Notes: generated by a model from the sequence alone, not told the origin. DNA of 64,000 nt from Basidiobolus meristosporus CBS 931.73 (GCA_002104905.1 MCFE01000182.1:62001-126000); one strand, 5' to 3'; shown: positions 26,345-38,428, counted from the stretch's first letter. Numbers and translations are program-made.

Positions 26345-26657
26345 AATTCATGGCAAGCTGGACATCTTGTAAAGGTGGCATTTTCTAATATAAATGCATG
26401 CATCTGCAAATAGATGGTGGTATCAAATGGTCCCATAGTAACATGTAGCAAGCAGTATGATGACTTTCTGCTTGTACCATCTAAATAGCAAGTTGCATCC
26501 CACAGTGATTCTGGCAAGTAGTAACTGTGGATCCTCAAACTCTCATTTCTGATATTGGTAGAAATACACCACTTCACTAGCCACAGCATTGCATCATTCA
26601 CCAGTAAGTGTATTACTGGGTTCACCTGGCTCTATAGAGTATTTGTAGTATTTTCTC

Positions 26658-27100
26658 AAGATATTGCTGGTACAGTGGTGGCTGATGAATGCCTGAATAT
26701 GATTTGAGTAACAAAATACTGGCCATGATCCTTACACTACCTCCTATGTCACTTGGGTGCTCCATGGCTGGGAGGCTTGTTACAATAGCCACATGGTTGT
26801 TTTTCCCTTTCTTATAGTGTTGAATCAATTCAGTCTTGTCCATGGTGAAAACAGCTTGACAGTTAACTGTGCAGTACTAGTATTTCACTCTTTTCATTGT
26901 TGAGTGTCAAACTGTTTGCCCCATGGACAAGACTGTTCATTTTACACCATAAGAGAAGAGAAAAAAGAGCATATGGCTATTGTAGCAAGCCTCTCAGCTA
27001 TAAAGCATGCAGACAAAGTATTACAACAATCATGGCCAGTGTTTTGCCACACAAGTCATATTTGGTTATTCATCAGTCACTACTGTACAAACAATATCTT
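26658..27100. repeat. Degenerate palindrome with ~205-bp arms and a 31-bp spacer
   Basis: Arms at 26658-26867 and 26899-27100, for example CAGTCTTGTCCATGG and CCATGGACAAGACTG. ORFs 26622-26843(-) and 26897-27124(+) give similar peptides (IMASILLLKSY and IMASVLPHKSY). Confidence 0.85.
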
Positions 27101-27116
27101 CCCAGCTGCTTGATAC

Positions 27117-30100
27117 TGTTGTAAAAATTTGTATTTCCACCTAAATATTCACCTAACTTAGTTACTTAGATCATTACCCTCAAATCCTAGAGAATACTGA
27201 CCAAATTCCTTGTTGGGATTTACTTAGAATATTTTCACCAAAATACCTGGTACCCAGAACATGAAAATTCTCAAAGTTGTCCAAATAGCCCCAAACTTTG
27301 CACACATGTTCTTGGGACCTTCCTTGACCTATTCTACGTGTTTGTAATGCCAAGACCAGGTAAAAGTATAAATACTACTTTTACATTCAATAAATCATTA
27401 AGTGAAAACCACATAATCTACTTGTCCTCCTAATCACTTCCAATATCTGCAAGACTCTTACAACAGGTTATGAGCCCCAAGCTGTCACTCTCTGCAATGT
27501 CTACTACTGCTATTACTGGAATATTTCCCTCTGCTGAAAAGTTGGACGGATCTAACTACCAAGTGTGGAAGGTGAAGATGAAGATGCTGCTACAAGAAAG
27601 AGGCCTTTGGGATATTGTCATGGGAGAAGAATGCCCTCCTGAAAACATGGGAGAGGAAGCCTTAAACTACCAGAAGAAAGTACAAAGTGCCTTTAACTGC
27701 ATTTGCCTTAATGTCAAGGACAAATTGCTAATTCAATGCTCAAGAGCAAAAATGGCAAAGAATGCCTGGAAAGCATTAGAAGACACCTACCAGTCATGTT
27801 CAGCTGCCAAGAAGATGTATCTGAGACAAAAATTCTTTACTACAAAGATGCTGCTAGGAGAAGAAATGAAAAATCTAATTAACAGAATTACCCTGCTGGT
27901 AGATGAGATGGAATCTGTGGGCATACCAACTACTGATGAGGATGTGATAGTTACCATCCTGAATAGCCTGACAGACAAGTCTCAGGGCCTTGTATCAGCC
28001 CTAGAGTCCAGAACTGAAGATTTGACCTGAAATTATGTATATAGAAGGCTCCTGGATGAAGAATTAAGAAAATCAAGCGCCAATAAGAAGGAAGAAGAAA
28101 ATGCTTTAATAAGCAATGATAACCAACAAAGGAGGTACCCAAGACCCTACAAAGGCAACAGCAACCTATTTTGCAACTACTGCAAAAGGAAAGGACACAC
28201 ATCAAACCAGTGTCTCAAAAAGAGAGATTATCAGCAAAAGCAGCCTGAATATGGAAATGCTGCAACAACTGAAGATAGACTATTCATATCTGCACTAAAT
28301 ATGACCACAAACAAGGATTCTCAGACGTGGTATATTGACTCTGGAGCTTCTCAACACTTTACACACCAAAAAGAACTTTTTACCCATTATCAAGAAATTC
28401 CAATTAAGAAGGTTTTCATGGGTGATAATAGAACACTTGATGCAGTGGGAGAGGGAACTATCCAAGTAAACCTTAGAAGCAGTGAAGGAAGCCATACACT
28501 GACCTTAAAAGAAGTATTCTATGTACCAGAAATAGCCAAGAACCTACTCTCTGTAAGCAAGGCCACAGCAGAAGGACTCAGTTTCAGTATTGACAATTCT
28601 GGTTGCAGGATCACCAATCAAAATGGTGCCCATATTGCTTTGGGCATCAGAGATCAGAATCTATACAAGTTGACTTATATTCCATCATACTTGGAAGCCA
28701 ATATAAGTAACTTAAATGAAGAAACACCAATGCTTTGGCACAGGAGATTTGGACACATCAATTTTGATTATTTGCGTAAAATGATCAAAGATCAGCTAAT
28801 TTCTGCAGTGAAAATTGATCCCCCAGCCAATTGGGAGCAGTGTGAAGCTTGCATATATGGGAAACAAGCCAGACAGCTGTTCAAGAGCTCTGGGTTAATC
28901 AAAACTGAGAGAAAATTAGATCTAATTCACTCAGATCTGTGTGGACCTATGCAAAATTTATCCTTAGGTGGGATGAAGTATTTAATCACTTTTATTGACA
29001 ATTATACAAGATACACATGGGTCTACTTCATGGAAAGGAAGAAGCTCTGTCTAAGTTCAGGGAGTTTAAAGCCATGGTGGAGAGAGAAACTGATGAAAAA
29101 ATCAAGAAAATACGCTCTGACAATGGTGGAGAATATACCTCAAGACTCTTCATCCACTTCTGCAAAATTCATGGTATAAAGCAAGAGACTACTGTACCAT
29201 ACTCCCCACAGCAAAATGGAGTAGCAGAACAAGCTAACAGATCAATAATTGATATGGCAAGATCTATGATCCATGATCAAAAATTATCCTATGATTTTTG
29301 GGCCAAATCAGTTGCCACTGCTGTATATCTTAAAAATAGGAATTATAGCAGAATACTTCGTGATTCTACTCCATTTGAAGCATGGAATGGTTATAGACCA
29401 AGTGCAGAACATCTAAGAATATTTGGGTGTACAGCATATGCCAAAAAACTGGCCGGAAATCAGTCAAAATTTGAGCCAAAAAGTGTAAAATGCATATTTT
29501 TGGGGTACTGCAATGAGAGTAAGGCATACAGACTCTACAATACCAAAGCAAAGAAGCTTATCAAGTCCAGGGATGTGTTGTTTGATGAAAATTCAAAATT
29601 TTCACAAAAAATGACATCAGATGATGACGAAAATTTGATCTCAAGTCCACCAATTGTCAGGATTGAATCAGTGCAAAACAATGAAAAATTCTTCACTCCA
29701 GAGGACTCTACAACCATGGTTCAGCCAGAATCAGTGCCCAGGAATATCCAGAAGTGATCATTGCAGTACCAAATGCCCAGAAATCCAATCGGACAAGAAA
29801 TAGCTCAAATTACTATATCAATGAGGGTGCAAACTTAGCCTATGCCTATTCAGTCCACATTGATGAACCCCAGACTGTAAAAGAGGCCCTAAATAGCCCT
29901 CAGACAAAGTTTTGGAGATCTGCAATGACTGAGGAATATCAGGCCCTGATGGAAAATCAAACTTGGGACTTAGTCAAATTACCAATCAACTGAAAATCAA
30001 TTGGATGCAGATGGGTCTTCAAGACAAAATACAAGGCTGATGGTACAACTGAAAGATACAAAGCAAGACTTGTAGCCAAAGGATACTCTCAAACAAAAGG

Positions 30101-31796
30101 ACTTGACTATACTGAGACCTTTGCACCGGTAGCCAAGTTTAATTCCATCAGATTAATATTGGCTATTGCAGCCAAATATAAGTTTTTTATTCATTAAATG
30201 GATGTAAAAACTGCATTTTTGAATGGAGAACTTGATCAGGACATGTATATGGACCAGCCTGATGGGTTTGTTGACCAAGATAACCCCCATTTGGTCTGCA
30301 AGCTTAAAAAGTCACTATATGGTCTCAAACAATCACCAAGAGCCTGGAATTGCAAGATAGATTCTTATTTGGAATCTTTGAGTTTCAAACAAAGTAATGC
30401 TGACTATAGTATATACTATAAGCCAGATAGAGCAAATCCAGTTCTATTAGCTCTATATGTGGATGATCTTATTACAGCCGCCAATAACCTAGAAACATTG
30501 GAAGAAACTAAATCCAGCCTATCTAAGGAGTTCAAGATGTCTGATTTAGGAGAACTTAGTTACTACTTAGGGATTAAGTTCTCCATAGACAGAAGTACCC
30601 AGACTATCACCCTAAGTCAATCCAAGTATATTCAAGATATACTAAAGAAGTACCAAATGGAAGACTGTAAACCGGCAGCTACCCCAATGGAGACAAACCT
30701 TAACTTGGTCAAAACTCAACCAAATCAAGAGAGCTTGGTGCCATCTGAAAGCCCTGACTTTCATTATCAATATATGGTTGGCAGTCTGATGTATATCATG
30801 CTTGGAACACATCCAGATATCTCATATTCAGTGGGAGTTGTCAGCCAACATAATCAGAATTATGGATCTAATCATATTGCAGCAGTTAAGTGGATTTTTA
30901 GATACCTAAAAGGAACTGCTGATATTTGCTTAAGATACACTTATAAGGACTCAGAACAAGATCTTGTGGGATACTCTGATGCAGATTGGGGAAGAAATTT
31001 AGAAGACAGACAATCCACTACAGGATACACCTTTCTTTACTGTAAAGGAGCAATTTCATGGAATTCAAGAAAGCAACCAACCGTAGCACTTTCCACCACA
31101 GAGGCAGAGTATATGGCAGCCTGTGAAGCTACAAAAGAGGCAATGTGGCTAAGAAAGCTGTTTACAGATTTAGGCCTATGTCAAAAAACGCCTATTACTT
31201 TATTTCAAGATAATGAAGGATGTATACAATTAGGTAGAAATCCAACTATTCATGCTAGAACCAAGCACATAGATATTAGACATCATTTCATATGTGAAGC
31301 TATAGAGAATAACTTAGTTAGCTTAGTTTACTGTCCTACAGATGAAATGATTGCAGACATATTTACCAAACCATTAGCTAGAGACAAGTTTGAATATCTT
31401 AGGTCAAAATTAGGACTAGTCAGTATGAACATTTAGCTGAGTGGGAGTGTTGTAAAAGTTTGTATTTCCACCTAAATATTCATCTAACTTAGTCACTTAG
31501 ATCATTACCCTCAAATCCTAGAGAATACTGACCAAATTCCTTGTTGGGATTTACTTAGAATATTTTCACCAAAATACCTGGTACCCAGAACATGAAAATT
31601 CTCAAAGTTATCCAAATAGCCCCAAACTTTGCACACATGTTTTTGGGACCTTCCTCAACCTATTCTACGTGTTTGTAATGCTAAGACCAGGTAAAAGTAT
31701 AAATACTACTTTTACATTCAATAAATCATTAAGTGAAAACCACATAATCTACTTGTCCTCCCAATCACTTCCAATATCTCCAAGACTCTTACAACA
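27117..31796 (+). mobile_element. Full-length Ty1/copia family B element (4680 bp), inactivated
   Basis: 349-bp LTRs at 27117-27465 and 31448-31796, with 10 mismatches by hand count. PBS GGTTATGAGCCC. Domains: gag (KLDGSNYQVW), CNYCKRKGH knuckle, protease WYIDSGAS, GAG-pre-integrase HRRFGH...CEAC, integrase, RT (YVDD) and RNase H. Stops at 28028, 29991 and 30195, plus frameshifts. Confidence 0.96.
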
Positions 31797-32119
31797 ATAG
31801 GGAGTCCCCAAATGGTCAGCTTGTGATTTAGCTCTGGATTAAAGAGCTACATGTGAAGTGCAACTGACTTAGGTGCTGGCTTATTACTTAACATATAAGT
31901 AGACATCTTTTACCCTGTAAAATTACAGGCAAATTTCAGTGGCATGCAAGATGTCCAAAATTTCTTTAAGCTATAGTTATCACTATCAATTGCTCCACTC
32001 CTTTTGAGACACTGATTATATATCCCAGTGATGTTGCACTTAATGAGCTCTATAACCAAGTGATTCATACAACTGATCACACACTGTGATATATTTACAC
32101 TGGTAAGCTGACTGCAAAA

Positions 32120-32469
32120 TGTTGTAATAACTCATAATTCCACCTAAATACTCACCTAGCTTAGTTACATAGATCATTATCTTCATATCCTAGAGTATAC
32201 CAACCAAATTCCTTGTCAGGATTCACTTAGAATATTTTTACCCAGATATCAGGTACCTATATCATGAAAATTAGATAGGTTATCCAAGCAGACCCAAACT
32301 TGGCACACATGTTCTTGGGACTTTCCTAAGTCTATTCAACAAGTTTTGTTATACCAGGACCATGTAAAAGTATAAGTACTACTTTTACATTCAATAAATC
32401 ATCAAGTGAAAACCACATAATCTACTTGTTCTCCCAATCACTTCCAATATCTCCAAGTCTCTTACAACA
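32120..32469 (+). repeat. Solo LTR of copia family B
   Basis: TGTTGT...CTTACAACA aligns with 31448-31796. Flanks CAAAA and AAAAA are a near-match 5-bp TSD. Confidence 0.88.
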
Positions 32470-33929
32470 AAAAATAGTGGCCCAACACCAGCAAAGGTCT
32501 ATACAAGATCACATCTGATACCTATTGTAAGCTGAGTGGTTCACAAATTAAAATGCAATATGAACACCTTAATGCTTTCTTGATAGAACCAGCATAGTAG
32601 TGCTCTAGGTGGCTCAAAAGCATGTCCATCAGGTTTGAGGTGCTTCATCTACTATTAGATCTGTGCTACTGTGATACCAGGACTCCCAGTGTGAGTGGTC
32701 TATTTATGTTCAAGTGGTAGATGAAGTATAGAAAATTGTAGCACACTGAGATCTAACAGTGCTTAGGCTAACCTAGCAGAGTCAAGTAGAACATAGGTCA
32801 AGATAAAAACATACAACTTGGGGGTTGATGATATCTGCTGTTATTTTGATATTACTTTTTAGTCAGCAATTCAGGTACAGGTATTGCAGGACTTAGCAAA
32901 GTGACTATCACCATAAGCAAGCCAAGGATTACTAAGGCACACCACTTTCAAAATAAATGCTTATTTTTATTAGCTCTGGCTATGTTGAGGACAATGCAAC
33001 ATATATGATAGTAAGTCAAATACCTAAGCAACCCTCTTGTCCAATATTGCAGTAGCTAGTTTACCAATTCCAAAAAATTACACTGGAAAATTGACAGAGC
33101 ATCAGTAAAATACTATGGGGAGCCTAAGTTTGATATGGTTTATAGGCTGGGTGATTTACTGAATGCAGGGTAAAATGAATATTTGGATGTTGTATTGACA
33201 AAACTAAATATATTAGTGAAGATATCCTGATTATGTCTTACTTGTAGCTTTAGTCTGGTTCAAGCATAAACGCAAGGATGTATTAGGAAAGAAATCTACA
33301 CCACCGTAGACTCGGAAGTGACAAGCGTTTTCTGGCTTACTCGCATTTAATTGCTTCCAGAAAACTATTTTACCAGAGATATGGATGCAGGGAAGAAGAA
33401 CCAAAGAGAAGAACAGTAAGGTTTGGAGACATTTGGAAAACCTTGAAATCTCCACTTCGTAGGAGCCTCGATGCATTATTGAAGTCGCTAATGACATTTG
33501 ATTTACCCTTGACCAAGGTATGAAATGGCACCTCTACAGCGCTTGCATCCCCATTACACCCAGCCCCAAATACTGTCAAATCAATATTCCAAGAAATCCC
33601 CCAATGGCACAATATGATGGTGGTTCAGCTAAACAGTAATGAACAACCTCCGATCCAATGGCTGGTTTGACAAAGATATACAACATATATCCATCCACCA
33701 GCCTCCAGCTCTTCACCAAACTCCGATTCAACCTCGCTCAACCAACGAGGGGGATTCACTTGGTAGATGCAGGAGTGTAGCGTAGGAGTCCATGTGATCG
33801 GATGTCCCTCAGGCCTATGAAACCGAAGAAGAGGCCAGCGGAGTGGGATTTGAGACGTATCGACCCAGCATGAATCGGTCGAAATTGAATGGGGATTCTG
33901 GATGGAGATGGAGATGGGCAGGCCGGGAT

Positions 33930-33938
33930 TCACGTGAC
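33930..33938. promoter_or_regulatory. Candidate Cbf1/CDEI E-box (TCACGTGAC) upstream of the KDM5-family gene
   Basis: Exact RTCACGTG match on the minus strand, 82-90 bp before the ATG at 34020. Motif match only. Confidence 0.4.
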
Positions 33939-34019
33939 GCGCGAGGAAGGATTATTTCCGATGATTTCCTGGCCCATGAAGAGATGTGGGTTGATATCTA
34001 ACGGTATCTCAAAGCTGTC

Positions 34020-37000
34020 ATGAGTGAAGAAAAGCCAAGTAACAAAACGCTTGGCGTGAAGAAAGCGCCGAAGTTCGAGTTACCCAAGGCGCCCGTGCCG
34101 CCGGATTCCGAGACGCCCAATGGGGAGAGGGGAAGGGAGAGAGTGTTCGGCATAGAGGAAGCGCCGACGTTCTTCCCAACGGCGGAGGAGTTCCTGGACC
34201 CCTACGAATATATCGGACATATCCGACCGGTGGCGGAGAAGTATGGCATGTGCAAAATCATTCCGCCTGCGTCATGGTCGCCGCCGTTCTCTCTGGATAG
34301 TGAGGTAAATTTTTTGGCCCTGTTTGTTTTGTTTCCCATAGTCAACATATCCCCACCGCCAAACCACTTCCCTCACCCAACGCGTGCCCGTAGGCCGCTT
34401 GCCTTCCCTTGAATCGAAGCTCGCACGCGCTCTCTTTTCTCACCAACCCCCCCCTGATATGGGATCTGTCGCTAGTTACGCCAAGGCTTGAACTGACCTT
34501 TCAATCTAGACGTTTCACTTTAGTACAAAAGACAATCGAGGGATTCCTAAGCAGACTGCCGCCGTGGCTGACGAAGAATATATCCAAGAACTATGTAAAT
34601 TCCATTCGAAACAAGGACAACCAATCCACAAACTCCCCCAATTAGACCACAAACCGGTCGATCTACTGATACTGAAGAACGAGGTGGCACTTCGCGGTGG
34701 GTTTCAGAACGTTAGTAGCCCCTGCTTGACACTTTTGGTATGGACGCAACGAAATAACCCCTCTCTATCTCTGCTTTCCGCACCTCAGGTTACGGTGGAA
34801 AAAAAATGGGCGGAGATCGGACGCACCATGAACTACTCCAGAAAGACCTGCACCTCCCTGTCGAACTCCCTCAAAACCATCTACTCCAGATTCGTGCTGC
34901 CTTTCGAACTCCACATGTCGACGTCCACTCGGGCTGACAAGGAGCCCAGATTGGCCTACGACGACGTTGACGACGAGAGCGAGCTGTCGAGCGCGGGGCC
35001 CCTCTTCGATAGCGAGTCCGACGACGGCCACGGGGATAGAAGTCTCCCTACGCCGGCCCCCCGCTGAAAAAGAGAAAGACCAAGAAAGAGTCCGGTATTA
35101 GGCGCATGTTGCCATGAGTTTTGCTTGACCTGAACCAAACTAAACGCGCATCGTGTAGACACCGAGTCCTCATTCCCCTCCTCCCCCGTCACCCCCACAC
35201 CAGCCCAGAATGGATTCTCGAAACCTCCGAAAGCGCAATCCTCCAAGTCAGACCCTAGCTCGATCGTAGGTACCCAGCGCACCCCGCCAGAACGAACCTC
35301 CCCTAACACCATTCTCGAATCTAGGCTTGCGAGATCTGCCGGAAGGATCAGAACGAGGAGGCGCTGTTGCTGTGCGACGGGTGCGACCGAGGCTACCATA
35401 TGTACTGTCTCAGTCCACCGCTGAAGGTGGTCCCAAAGACCGACTGGTTTTGCCCCAACTGCATAGCGCAAGTGGATAGCATCACGAGTGAGGTCCATGC
35501 CCGGTACAGTCTGCAACTATTTCAGAAGAAAGCCCAGAAGTTCAAAGAGGAGATCTTCTCCTCCATGCGGACCGGGGACTCCTCCAAAGCGGTCACCGAG
35601 GACCTAACGGAGGAGTTGTTTTGGAAGCTGGTGGATGCTGGCTACGATGACCTGGACGTTGAGTGCGGCTCGGACCTGTCCTCGGCGCTATACGGAAGGT
35701 AAAGTACGAACTTGGTTGCCCTTCTCCGCCTCGAGAAGCCCGTGCTGACCATCCTCTTTAGCGGGTTTCCCACCATCGAGCGCAACCCAAGGGAAAAGTA
35801 CTCCCTGGACAAATGGAATCCAAACATCCTTCCTACACTGCCCGATTGCTTGTTCTCCTCCATCGATACCCATGTCCCCGAGCTTGTGGTGCCGCGGTTG
35901 AACGTGGGCATGTGCTTCTCGTCCTTTAGCTGGCGCTACGAGCCCTACTACGCCTACGGGATAGACTTTCTACATTGGGGGGACAGCAAGACGTGGTATT
36001 GTGTTCCGGCTTCGGACGCTCGGAGATTCGAGGAGGTGGTGCGTGAAGTTGTCCCTGACCTGTCCACGCAGGAGCCCGAATTCCCACTCCGACTGGCTAC
36101 GATGGTCTCTCCCGAGACGCTCAAGAGCCATGGAATCAAGGTCACCGCGGTCAATCAACGGGCGGGCCAGCTGGTGGTCACCTTCCCACAGGCGTGTCAT
36201 GCCGAGTTCTGTCATGGGGTAGGTTGGACTGTTTGTAGCGGGAAGGGCCCTTTTTTACCTAACCAACACGCATGTTAATGTTGATGTAGTTTAACTTCGG
36301 AGAGAACGTGAACTTCGCGCTGAGCGACTGGCCGCAGCATGTGCTCCAGTATTTGAACCGCTCGAGGGCGCTCAGGAAAGAGCCGGCCTTCTCGTACGAT
36401 GGGCTGATGGTGGCACTGGCCTCCAACGAACCGAGCATCAAGACGGCAGTGTGGTACGTGTCCGGATCAAACTTGGGTGTCTTGTCGGGTGTGGCTAACC
36501 ATATTTGGCGCATGTAGGCTACACGCACCGTTGAAAGAGGTGGTTGACCAGGAAATCGCCAATAGAAATGCCCTTCGGAGCCGGTGCCCGGATATGAAGG
36601 AAGAGGTGGACCCGGGGTTGCCGGTCACCAGGTGTAGTCATTGCAAAGAGTTGAATCGTCTGTCGACACTCAGTTGCTCATGCACAATCAAGGTGACTTG
36701 CCCCGCTCACGGGGAACACGTATCCTTTTTCGCGACCAAGGAAGTTGTCGAGCAGTGCAATGTCAATGTCAACGTCAATGTTCTTAACCATTTTCCCAGC
36801 TCTGTGAATGTCCGCCAGACGCGAGAGTGCTTCGGATCCGACACTCCGATGAAGAGCTTCAGCGCATGGTCAGCGAGGTGACCGACAAGGCCGAGCTCCC
36901 CTCGAGATGGGTTCGAAAATTCCACGAGTCGGTGGCGAGTCTGAAGCTACCCTCGCTCAACACACTGAAGCATCTGCTGAACGACGCGGAGAAGATCCCC

Positions 37001-38428
37001 GTCTTCATCAACGAAGCGGCGTTCCTGAAGATCTTTGTGAATCGGGCGAACGAGTGGGTGGAGAAAGCCAACTCTTTCTTGGGAAAGAAGCATCGTCGCG
37101 GGTCCACCCGACCGAACATCCCCTCCGAAGAACATGTGCGAGGCCTCTTCACCGAGGTTCTGAAGCTGAACTTTCATTCGCCCGAGATCCTGTCCCTGGA
37201 GCAGCTACTCCAAGTGATCGACACCTTCAAGGCCGAAGCGCATGCGGCACTCGCCGACCCCGGAATGACGATCGATCAGCTCAGGCAACTCTATCAGTCG
37301 GGCATCTCGGTTAATGTCCAAATGGAGGAGCTTCCAAAGCTAATGAATTGTATTCGGACGATGGAATGGAATGAACTGGCATCATGCGACAGCCCAACTG
37401 ATCTTTCCAAAGTGGAGCAGATGCTCCATATGGCCAGTGACTACGACATTGACGTTGACGACAGCTCTCTGAAGCGGCTGAAGCATCTGCAGGCCCGGGG
37501 ACAGCGCTGGAAACAATCAGCGGTGGCCATTCTAGACCAAGATATGATCACCTCCGCCGAGCTGGAGGCCTTGATTGAGTTGGCCCGGGAAAGCCCGCAT
37601 GTGCCGTCACTGTTGAGTCAAGCGGAGTCTCTTCTTTCCAAGGTGCAGGATTGGAGCGTCAGCGCTAGGGCACTGCTGGGCCGAGGGGAGAACCCGGATA
37701 TTCTGCAAAGACCCACGGTCGATGAGCTTCACCAAATGCTGGGCAGGCTGAAAGAGATCCCAAACAAGCCGGTCGAGGTGTATATCTTGGAGCATGAGCA
37801 AGAGCTCACTGATAAATGGTGCGCCGCCGTGAAAAAGGCCTTTCTCAAAGTCCAGACGCCGAAAGGTTGGGACGAGGTTCTGGAGGTGCTTCAGCAGAAT
37901 GTGTCCAAATGCTCGGCGGTCGAAAGCCAAGGGGAAGCCTATTGCCTTTGCCGGTCCGCCGATTCCGGTTTCATGATCGAGTGTGACAGTTGCCATGAAT
38001 GGTACCATGGCCATTGCGTGAAGCTCACTCGCAAGGATGCCAAATCCCAACGTAGCTACATCTGCCCGATATGCAACCCGGCGGTGGGGATCTCTCGGGT
38101 CTTCAAGCGCCCCACGCTGGAGGATCTGTACAAACTGATCCGTGAGAGCAGCCAATTCAAGTTCATCCCCCGGGAGCGAGAGATCCTTCTCTCCCTGACC
38201 GACGATGCCTCCTCGCTACGCTTGCAGATTCGCCGGTTCCTCGCCACATTGAACACCACCCCCTCGCCCAGCATCACCCAGATCCAGCATTACCTTCGGA
38301 AAGTCGAGGGAATGATGATCCACCTACCAGCGGAGACCGCTCAACTGCGGCAGATCCAATCCGCCTACGAGCTACCCATCAACCATGAGCTGGACAGCGC
38401 ATCTGAGGAGTCGGGGTATTCTTCGTGA
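34020..38428 (+). CDS. KDM5: KDM5/JARID1-family protein (JmjN, ARID, PHD, JmjC, zf-C5HC2, PLU-1, PHD), multi-exon; JmjC probably catalytically dead; apparent +1 frameshift near 35020-35065
   Basis: JmjN EAPTFFPTAEEFLDP...GMCKIIPP; ARID PQLDHKPVDL...KKWAEIG; PHD ACEICRK...LLCDGCDRGYHMYCL; JmjC GMCFSSFSWRYE...HWGDSKTWY...TFPQACH; second PHD YCLCR...MIECDSCHEWYHGHC. Introns have GT-AG ends. Confidence 0.93.

Noticed and set aside
1-33230. Calling the repeat nest a centromere because CBF1 is nearby
   Set aside because: The position of the gene says nothing about centromere position; CENP-A or Hi-C data are needed.
34765-38277. Several minus-strand ORFs overlapping the KDM5-family gene
   Set aside because: GC-rich antisense shadows of a well-supported sense gene.
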